A DNA stretch of 62,673 nucleotides. It comes from a virus (taxonomy: Duplodnaviria; Caudoviricetes). Shown here in pieces: positions 50,804 to 58,296 of the stretch. The DNA lies in IMG/VR virus record IMGVR_UViG_3300010397_000009, positions 1 to 62,673 of that record; one strand, written 5' to 3'. The notes below the pieces were generated by a model. The model was not told where the DNA came from. It ran no database searches and worked only from the letters and a program-made list of their open reading frames with translations. The translations under genes and the position numbers were made by a program. The first letter of the stretch is position 1. Every line of letters begins with the position of its first letter.

Positions 50804-52157
50804 CACCGGAATTACGTAGGATTCGTGCTTGGCAACGATCTTCACACGATCAGGTGCGAACTGAGGCCGCTGCGCCAACGCCAACGTAGCGTCCGTCGCA
50901 ACTACGGTCTCAAGGATCTTGGTGTCCTTGTCGTTAAGCTCAAGGAATTCGTCGAGCGTCATACCTGGCATATCGACCGTCACTGCGGTCATTACGACGA
51001 ATTTCACTGCTTCCTCATGAAGTCGTTCTTCGCCTCCCAGTTGTACGACTTGCTGATCATCTCGCCCAGCAGGCCGTTCAGAATGTGGGTTCGCGCCGAC
51101 CAGTACAACTGCATCTGCGGCGTTTCCTCGGTCAGCTCCTGGTCGTCCTCAAAAATAGCTTGCCGGCGGCGCTCAGGGTAACTCGCGTAAGCGTTGTGCA
51201 AAGCGTTCTCGTGGCAGTACGCTTCGATCTTCGCGTCGTTGTACAGCAGCTCCTGCACGTACTGAACCGCGAGCTCCTTCGTATGCATCGGAAGATTCTC
51301 GAGGTACGTTGTCTCCGTACTCACGTCGTTGTCGTTCATGATACCTCTTTCCTCTTTTCGAACACCAACTGATTCGCGGCGGTAAGCGCCATCTCCATGA
51401 ACGCGAGCTCGCCCTTACTGAGCTCGCCCAGCATCAGATCGATCGTCTGATACGTATGCGGTTGCGCTACCAACTCGACGAGCTTTTGCGTAAGTTCGAC
51501 CAACTCGTCGATATTGCGCATTTCAGTCATTGGTCCACGATCCTTCGTTCCGCATTGCTAACCTCCTAACGTAGGTACTGATATCCGCCGACCAAATTAC
51601 CGTCACCCCGCGCTGTGGTGCTCTTCATGGGCTTTACCGGCTTGTTCTCTACGACGATACAACCCGTCTCAGCGGCATGAATCTGCGCCAACATCGCCTC
51701 GTACGCATTCCTTCCGCCTCCAGGGATTCCGCGGAACACCCTGTTCGCCGGAAGCATCTTCCGCGTCGACATCGCCTGCTTAACCGAACGCTTCGAAGGA
51801 TGCGTAGTGTGCTTAATGTCTACACACTCGAATCGAGCTAGCGCGTACACTGTAACGCCCTCAACCTCGATGTCAACGTACTCAGGATCTGCTACTTCGA
51901 ACGTAGCGCGACCGCTCACAGACCCATTCGACCGGCCCTGCTCAACGCCGCCCTTACGACGGCGGATCTCCACACGGGCGGTTGTACGCTTTGTAGCGGC
52001 CGGCATTCCGCCGGAGACCTTTCGCATTGAATTCGCAATAATCGCATCAAGGTCCATGTTTTACGCCTCCTTCGTCTCTTCCGTTACGCTAAATGCGTAT
52101 TTTAATTGCTATGAAATTATTATACATGAGGACACATTGGAATTGCTAGGCTTGGCC

Positions 52158-52883
52158 TTAAAGATCTTTGTCCGGCTGCTCGGTCTCTGGGCCTTGAAGG
52201 CCTCGTTCGACTGCATCCTCGTATTCTTCCATTGTTTGGCACCAGTCGTACAGCGGCGGGCGCTGTTCGAATTCAATCCGCCGCATCCAGGCTGCGTTCG
52301 CTTTTTGCTTCTCTTCCCGATTCGCAACCCACTCAGCGATCATCTGCCGCGTAGGCATCGGTTTGGTATCCTCAGCTGCGTTTGCGACGCCAGTGTACTC
52401 CGCCATCTCTTCCGGAAAACGCGCCCAAAGGTCTTCCTTTGGCTTATGCGGCGACGTCTTCCGCGCGAGCAGCATGTATTTCTGCCGACTCTGGGTATCG
52501 AACTGCGCCAGGAACTTCACCGCAGCGAAACACGTTCGACACACCATGATGTCGACTTCGTTGCCTGTCTCCGGGTTCGGCAGCAAATCTGCTGTCTGTC
52601 CCCGAATTACGCCACCACAGAGTTCGCACGTTCCTGCTGTCATTACTTTTCTCCGGTTCCTGATCGCTTCGTAGGCCTTTTGATACGCTTCTTCGTCCGT
52701 GTACCGACTTATGTGGCCGACTGACTTCAATGCGTACCGCTCCGCCATATAATCTGCCTGGCAGTCCTTACACTTACCGGTACCGATCTTAACACACAAG
52801 GCTCCGCAGCGAACGCAAGCCGTGAACTGGAGCTCAGGATCGTACCTTAATATGATCTTTCTGTGTCCGATTAGGTCTGACAT
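52158..52883 (-). CDS. Multi-Zn-finger protein, degenerate endonuclease VII-like
   Basis: CVRC..CKDC then CELC...PETG.V...VCRTC. Confidence 0.55.
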   Translation of the reverse strand: MSDLIGHRKIILRYDPELQFTACVRCGALCVKIGTGKCKDCQADYMAERYALKSVGHISRYTDEEAYQKAYEAIRNRRKVMTAGTCELCGGVIRGQTADLLPNPETGNEVDIMVCRTCFAAVKFLAQFDTQSRQKYMLLARKTSPHKPKEDLWARFPEEMAEYTGVANAAEDTKPMPTRQMIAEWVANREEKQKANAAWMRRIEFEQRPPLYDWCQTMEEYEDAVERGLQGPETEQPDKDL

Positions 52884-52904
52884 CGTTAACCACCTCCTCC
52901 CTTA

Positions 52905-52934
52905 ATTATAGAGTGTAACCTTCTGCCTACACAA
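52905..52934 (-). promoter_or_regulatory. Sigma70-type promoter
   Basis: TTGTGT-N18-TATAAT followed by GGAGGAGG RBS. Confidence 0.6.
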
Positions 52935-53278
52935 GCCGTCAGTTAGAAGTTAAAAGTTAGGACTAGTCGAAGCAAATGATTTGCCTTTTCAGGCGCCTTG
53001 GGAGGCGACTACTTGGAAAACCAAGAGAAAAATGATTCGCCTGATCCTAACTGTGAACTCGTAACTTACTATTAAAACTGATATGGATACTATATATTAT
53101 GTTATACGTGTATATACGTGTTTGTCAGGTCCTATCCGTATGTCCCTTGGGGGATTTAGAGGGATTTTCCGTATTGCCCACGTGAATTATACCGTGTGTA
53201 TAGCTGCCTTATTATAAGCTACCCCCTAGACTGGCTTTTATAGGTGACAAATAGACTTTTACAGTTGAAAGTAAGACA

Positions 53279-53323
53279 AATAGGGGCGAATCCCGGGTTA
53301 TTCGCCCGAAACTCGCCCCTATT
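53279..53323 (-). terminator. Stem-loop after the lipoprotein gene
   Basis: AATAGGGGCGA / TCGCCCCTATT. Confidence 0.6.
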
Positions 53324-53354
53324 GGGCCCTATCCGGACCGGACTAAATCACCGG

Positions 53355-53825
53355 TCAGTTCTCGTGGCGGAAGCCGTCTCCGCACACGAGTTCGAACCGG
53401 TCGCCTTCGCCCCGTCCGTAGCAGAGGGACGTGAGGTCGATCTGGCCGAAGTCAACGCCGGTACCCTTGAGCTGATTGCGGTTGGTGATCGGAACCCAAC
53501 CCTTGTTTTCGTAGCAGAAGAACCGGTACTCGTCGTCGGGTCCGGCGTTCGTCAAGTCCAGGAACAGGCACCCGTCGACGTCGGACTCCTTCTGGCACGT
53601 GTTCCGCTGAATCGACGGCGTCCAGCCTTCGAGACACGGGACGTGCGTACGCGTCGGAAGCTTCAGGTCGGGCTTCGACGTGTTCGGGTACTTGTTCCCA
53701 GCCGGCGTCCGGGTAGCCCCGGCACTGGGCGGTGTGGTGTTCTTGTCGGCCAGGGGCCGGCACGCCGAAAGCGCCGCCACGGTCAACAGACAGACTGCCG
53801 CCTTGGCAACGGTAGTGCGTCGCAT
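53355..53825 (-). CDS. Cys-rich lipoprotein
   Basis: MRR + hydrophobic stretch + LSAC lipobox; GGAGG RBS. Confidence 0.75.
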   Translation of the reverse strand: MRRTTVAKAAVCLLTVAALSACRPLADKNTTPPSAGATRTPAGNKYPNTSKPDLKLPTRTHVPCLEGWTPSIQRNTCQKESDVDGCLFLDLTNAGPDDEYRFFCYENKGWVPITNRNQLKGTGVDFGQIDLTSLCYGRGEGDRFELVCGDGFRHEN

Positions 53826-54118
53826 AGTACCTCCAGGGGTGAGCGACGGATAGGACCAACGGACGGTCCGTTAGCCCTACAGGTCGTTCACTCGCGGTCT
53901 TTGCGGTTGCCGACGTAAACGCGGCTGACTAGGAAGTAGACTAGTAGCAGGACGGCCAGCAAGCCGGCCGAGATGTCGGGCATTGTTCGTCTCCTTACGT
54001 AGTTCCGGAAGCGGCCACCGGGAGGCACTTGTCGTGCCGCCAGGGCAGACTTTTGGCGGGACGCGAACTATGTCCGCAGGGCAGCCTGAAGCCCGTAACC
54101 TCCGGGGAGGTTACCGTA

Positions 54119-54355
54119 CTAGCAGTTGCAGGAACCGTTCACGGAGTAGCGGGTGTAGCAGTCGGGGCAGGTCCGGCGGTCGGTGTAACCTCCGTCGATG
54201 CTCCGGTCGGCCTTCTCGTCCAGGTCACCCTGCGGTGCGAACCGGCCCTTCTGGAGGGCGTGGACCGCGTGAATGCGGGGCCCGGACGATCCGGCGAGCG
54301 GGTAGGCCGTCGTACTCTTCGCCTTGATGGCGGAGATGTAGGAACGTTTCGCCAT
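54119..54355 (-). CDS. Small Zn-binding protein
   Basis: CPDC...GSCNC C-terminus. Confidence 0.6.
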   Translation of the reverse strand: MAKRSYISAIKAKSTTAYPLAGSSGPRIHAVHALQKGRFAPQGDLDEKADRSIDGGYTDRRTCPDCYTRYSVNGSCNC

Positions 54356-54456
54356 TTTCATGATCCTTTCCAGGGGGAAACGATTTTCCGGATCTTGCGT
54401 GTGAGTGGAGTTGTGGGCCGGCCCCCGTCCGGTGTTACCGGATCTTGCTGGGGAGG

Positions 54457-54759
54457 TTACTTGATCTTGCGGGAAGCGATGACGCGTGCGACGAAGGCGG
54501 CAACCTCAGCCTCAGTGAACGTCTTGGCGCCCGGGACGCCGTTGATCCGACCCGACTTGCGGTAGCCGTACATCGCCTGCGGCGCGACCGGCTTGACGTC
54601 GTACTTGGTCTCGTCGAGCTGCGCCAGCGCGTCGTTGATGACGTGGTGGATCGCGTAGGCCGTCCAGATGCCGTCTGCCCCCGCCTCACGGCGGCGAGCG
54701 ACTGGGAGCGGCTGAGCGGTCTCGGAGGCCTTCAGGATCTTGTTGATGTCAATAGCCAT
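54457..54759 (-). CDS. First early gene, HTH-like protein
   Basis: TAYAIHHVIN...VAPQAMYGYRKSGRI; strong GC3 bias. Confidence 0.7.
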   Translation of the reverse strand: MAIDINKILKASETAQPLPVARRREAGADGIWTAYAIHHVINDALAQLDETKYDVKPVAPQAMYGYRKSGRINGVPGAKTFTEAEVAAFVARVIASRKIK

Positions 54760-54831
54760 GATCTTTTCCAATCTACGAATGAGTTAGTAAGTACCTATGC
54801 GTAGACGGAGGCCGACTCATAACCCCACTCA

Positions 54832-54854
54832 CACTGTTTAGTTTTCAAGGAACG
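54832..54854 (-). promoter_or_regulatory. rrn-type boxA-like antitermination signal
   Basis: CGTTCCTTGAAAACTAAACAGTG on - strand resembles the actinobacterial rRNA leader GTTCCTTGAGAACTCAACAG (from recall). Confidence 0.6.
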
Positions 54855-54856
54855 AG

Positions 54857-54934
54857 TTATAAATGAATTAATAAATTAATTAAGAATTAATTAATTAATA
54901 TTTAATTTATTAATTTATTTATAACTATAATATA
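54857..54934. other. Extremely AT-rich tract between the divergent arms
   Basis: About 78 bp with only three G/C bases; many AATT/TTAA. Confidence 0.85.
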
Positions 54935-55056
54935 GCAGCAATTTCAAGATCCTTAAAGGGTCGCTCCGGTCTAAACAAAGGTCGTAGAACCATGCATGTA
55001 TAACATTGTTAGCCAGTAAGAGAAGTGAAGCGATGCGGGAGAAGACAGTAGCGTAG

Positions 55057-55096
55057 AAACTGCCCGGTTGACTTCAGCTAGTGTACCAGTTATAAT
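55057..55096 (+). promoter_or_regulatory. Promoter for the packaging operon with upstream box
   Basis: AAACTGCCC-GG-TTGACT-N17-TATAAT. Confidence 0.8.
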
Positions 55097-55123
55097 CAAG
55101 GTAGGTAGTCCAAGGAGGACATT

Positions 55124-55486
55124 ATGCCCAGTACGCCAGACTGGATCCCAGAGGAAGAGCTTGCGGCTCTTGCAGCGGGACCGGCTCCGAGTACCATGAG
55201 CGGGAATACCGCGGAACAGCTCGCCATGCAAATCTTCCGCGATCACCTGCCACTGGCTGCTCAGGTCATCTGTGACATCGCTGTCAACAGCGATAACGAG
55301 CGTAACCAGATGCAGGCCTCGAAGTACATCGTTGAGCGCGTCATGGGCCGGACTCCAGATGCACGAGTCGACAACGGCGCTACCGACCCGCTCGCGAACA
55401 TCTTCACGGACGTGCTGCGAGAGCCTACGGCAGACGAGCGCGCACAAGGGTCGCGAGTCACGCGGCTCAGCACAAGCAAAGAGTAG
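55124..55486 (+). CDS. Probable terminase small subunit
   Basis: AAQVICDIA..SDNERNQMQASKYIVERVMG helical motif; first gene of the rightward arm. Confidence 0.6.
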   Translation: MPSTPDWIPEEELAALAAGPAPSTMSGNTAEQLAMQIFRDHLPLAAQVICDIAVNSDNERNQMQASKYIVERVMGRTPDARVDNGATDPLANIFTDVLREPTADERAQGSRVTRLSTSKE

Positions 55487-55503
55487 TAGAAGCTCTTAGG
55501 TTA

Positions 55504-55612
55504 GTTAGACTCAGAAGAGACCGAGTCTAACTAGGGTCTAACTAGAGTTCATACTACCCCCAATAGCTCTATAGGGGTAGCTGGGCTAGCGAGGTTAGAC
55601 TTGAAGATAGAC
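55504..55612 (+). repeat. Dispersed AGAC-box/attC-like element, copy 5
   Basis: GTTAGAC(55504)-GAGAC(55517)-GTCTA(55525)-GTCTAAC(55536)-N51-GTTAGAC(55594)-TAGAC(55608). Confidence 0.9.
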
Positions 55613-55654
55613 ACGAGTGTAAATCCGCCGTGTGGAGTTCTGAAGGAGGCAGGG

Positions 55655-56233
55655 ATGCCGCTGCAGTCGGCAGTACGGACGAAGCGCCAAGGGCGCACGA
55701 ATGTAATACTCCGGAATACAAAGGGTAAGACGCGGGCTGGTGTTGTGTTGGCGGCGGCAGCGAATAAGCTGATCCCGACGAACCTGGGTGCGACGCCTGT
55801 TGCCTCGGGTGGCACGTTGGCCGATGGCTCTTATTCCTACAGGGTGTCTGCAACTGTCGGTGGCGTCGAGGGTCTGGCTTGCGTTGCGGTCAGCGCGACT
55901 GTGTCTGGTGGTGCTGGCGCTGGAAGCGTGCAGTTGTCTTGGACGGCTGTGGCTGGTGCAACCGCTTACCAGGTCTACGGTCGGTCGGGTTCGTTGCTCC
56001 AGATCGTGTCGCAGGCTGGTACGACTTACACGGACACGGGCTCGGTGACCCCGTCGGGTGCGTTGCCGACGTTGGCGAAGAACACCGCGACGGTTGCAAC
56101 GCGGTATTCCAACAACCCGCCGAAGAGCGGTGTGACTGGCGTCGTGCAGGCTACTGCACTTCGCGGGGCGACGACCGTGTATTTCCTGCGGTTTGGTTCA
56201 CCTGCTGGGTACGCACAGCCGCAGAGGTCGTAA
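55655..56233 (+). CDS. FN3/Ig-like domain virion-type protein
   Basis: AAGGAGG RBS; GGTLADGSYSYRVSA...LSWTAVAGATAYQVYGR...TYTDTG. Confidence 0.7.
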   Translation: MPLQSAVRTKRQGRTNVILRNTKGKTRAGVVLAAAANKLIPTNLGATPVASGGTLADGSYSYRVSATVGGVEGLACVAVSATVSGGAGAGSVQLSWTAVAGATAYQVYGRSGSLLQIVSQAGTTYTDTGSVTPSGALPTLAKNTATVATRYSNNPPKSGVTGVVQATALRGATTVYFLRFGSPAGYAQPQRS

Positions 56234-56457
56234 TGGCCTGGAAGCCTAAGGTCAATCGACACATGACGGTTCTGGTTCAGAAAACCGTCGGAGGCAACGC
56301 AAACTACGTGAAGCGTCGGCCGGCTGTGATCACGGCGATCGTGTCGGGAACTACGGTTAACGGCCGGACGAAGCACGTAGGCATTACCCATTCGTCCGTG
56401 ACGCAGCTCAGGAATCATGTCGTGACGGCGCGTGGTGGCAACTACTACATGGGTTAG
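56233..56457 (+). CDS. Small basic hypothetical protein
   Basis: TAATG overlap with the upstream gene; RRPAVITAI. Confidence 0.6.
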   Translation: MAWKPKVNRHMTVLVQKTVGGNANYVKRRPAVITAIVSGTTVNGRTKHVGITHSSVTQLRNHVVTARGGNYYMG

Positions 56458-56465
56458 GAGTTCGC

Positions 56466-56693
56466 ATGAAGCTCACCGCAGTGGAGACCAAGGCGTACAA
56501 GACCGCGGTCACGTTCGTGGGTACGGCGCTCACGCTGGCGTCCACTCTTGGACTTCCACATCCGTGGGACATTATCGTCGGCCTCGTTCTTGGCGCTGGC
56601 ACTACCGCTGGCGTGTTCGTGGTGCGCAACCCGCTGACTAGTGCAGTCGTTGAACAAGCGGATGGCACCGAATCTAATCTGTCGGTCAAGTAA
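56466..56693 (+). CDS. Holin-like membrane protein
   Basis: Two transmembrane segments ending GVFVVRN. Confidence 0.65.
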   Translation: MKLTAVETKAYKTAVTFVGTALTLASTLGLPHPWDIIVGLVLGAGTTAGVFVVRNPLTSAVVEQADGTESNLSVK

Positions 56694-56705
56694 CGGATCT
56701 TGTGA

Positions 56706-56760
56706 GTCACGTTAAATTCATCTCATGAATTTAACGTGACCACCTATATAGATATATAGG
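56706..56760. repeat. Two adjacent perfect inverted repeats
   Basis: GTCACGTTAAATTCAT-ctc-ATGAATTTAACGTGAC and CCTATATA-ga-TATATAGG. Confidence 0.85.
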
Positions 56761-56802
56761 AAAGCAAAGCGTACCCGCGATTATGGTGGAAGGGAATGAG
56801 CT

Positions 56803-58290
56803 ATGCCGTTGCCCGCGGATCTCACGGTCGTGACCATTACTGGCACGTACCTTGATGACCTTGGAGCGCCACTCTCGGGTACAGTTACGATCGCAGCCTC
56901 ACAGGTCCTGCGGAATACACCTGATAACACCTTCGTGGTTATCGGATCGCACACTGCCACGTTGGATGCGAATGGTCACTTCGCGCTAGCCCTTCCGGCG
57001 TGTAATGACCCAGACTGGATTCCGCAGGGCTGGACTTACTCGGTCACGGAGAAGCTGAGCGGTCACATCGAGCCGAACATGTACAATGTGATGGTGCCCT
57101 ATAATCAGGGTTCCACCATTGACCTGACGGACCTTGCACCAGTGCCTGCTGTTACTGCACCGCCGATTTACGTACTCTTGTCCCAAGTGGGACTAGCTAA
57201 CGGAGTAGCAAGTCTTGACGGTTCAGGGAACGTACCACTGGCCCAGCTCAACAATGTATCCGGTGGTGCGACGCCTTCCGGAACTGTAGTTACTGAGGTT
57301 GGATATGGACAGTCAGCAACAGCGGGTGCGCTCGGTTCATACAGCCGAGGGGATCACACACATGGAACAGTCGCAGCACCCACTCCAGGAAGTATTGGCG
57401 CTCAGCCAGTCGACGCCGGTCTTACCGCCCTTGCTGGTCTCGACGCGACCGCAGGACTGGTCACCGAAACCGCGCTCGATACTTATACAAAGAGGAGCCT
57501 GGTCGCAGGCTCAAGTGCTGTCAGCATTACGAATGGAACAGGAGCGGCAGGCAACCCGTCGATCGATCTAAACACCCTGCTCAAGGCGATAGGTGCTCTT
57601 GCCTCGACAGGGTTCATTACACAGACTGCAGCAGGCACCGTTGCTGAGCGGCTTTTCGCGGCATCTAATGACGCGCTGACGATCACTAACGGTGATGGCA
57701 TTGCGGGTAACCCTACGTTCGCCTCTAACTGGGCAGAGCCGCTTGGCACCTTTGATGCAACCGATCAGGGGCTACTGGCGTGGGCCTTTGACGTTGCAGG
57801 CATTGGTGCAGCGTCCGCGAACCCAGGTTCAGGCAACGTTGCAATTGTAAAGGTGCCATGGCGAGGACTTCGTACCATTACAGGTATCTTCCTTGGCATT
57901 GGAACTGCTGGTTCAGGTCTTACCGCAGGACAATCACTCGTAGGCGTTCACAACTCCTCCGGTGTGCTTCTCGGGTCCTCTGCAGATCAGTCCGCGTCCT
58001 GGGCATCTTCGGGCCTGAAGAAGATTCCACTGACAGGAACTATTTCGCCTGCAGGCAGCACTAACGGGTTCCTGTGGATCTCTATCTTGTCAGTGGGCAC
58101 CACAACGCCGTTGTTCTGGCGCGCGCCTTCTGGTGGTCCAGGTACCTCGGACTTTTCACTCCAGGCACCAGCAGCTCAATCACGGTTCGGCGTTGCAGCT
58201 ACTGGCCAGACTGCGTTGGCTAGCTTTACACCATCAGGCATCAACAACAACGCAGCCGGTGGCCTAAGCATTTGGGCCGGACTATACTAG
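56803..58290 (+). CDS. Minor tail/fibre-like structural protein
   Basis: [49 protein letters not shown] motifs. Confidence 0.75.
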   Translation: MPLPADLTVVTITGTYLDDLGAPLSGTVTIAASQVLRNTPDNTFVVIGSHTATLDANGHFALALPACNDPDWIPQGWTYSVTEKLSGHIEPNMYNVMVPYNQGSTIDLTDLAPVPAVTAPPIYVLLSQVGLANGVASLDGSGNVPLAQLNNVSGGATPSGTVVTEVGYGQSATAGALGSYSRGDHTHGTVAAPTPGSIGAQPVDAGLTALAGLDATAGLVTETALDTYTKRSLVAGSSAVSITNGTGAAGNPSIDLNTLLKAIGALASTGFITQTAAGTVAERLFAASNDALTITNGDGIAGNPTFASNWAEPLGTFDATDQGLLAWAFDVAGIGAASANPGSGNVAIVKVPWRGLRTITGIFLGIGTAGSGLTAGQSLVGVHNSSGVLLGSSADQSASWASSGLKKIPLTGTISPAGSTNGFLWISILSVGTTTPLFWRAPSGGPGTSDFSLQAPAAQSRFGVAATGQTALASFTPSGINNNAAGGLSIWAGLY

Positions 58291-58296
58291 AAGGAG

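Larger units (their letters stand above)
40666..52057 (-). other. Early/accessory region of about 35 small leftward hypothetical genes (membrane, Zn-binding and acidic proteins)
   Basis: Tightly packed, often overlap-coupled minus-strand ORFs with GGAG RBSs; no family recognised for most. Confidence 0.75.

Noticed and set aside
5898-55612. Calling the attC-like elements a bona fide integron
   Set aside because: No IntI recognised; sites are 9-21 kb apart in mixed orientation and flank essential modules; L-box spacing fits only loosely. Kept as a hypothesis only.
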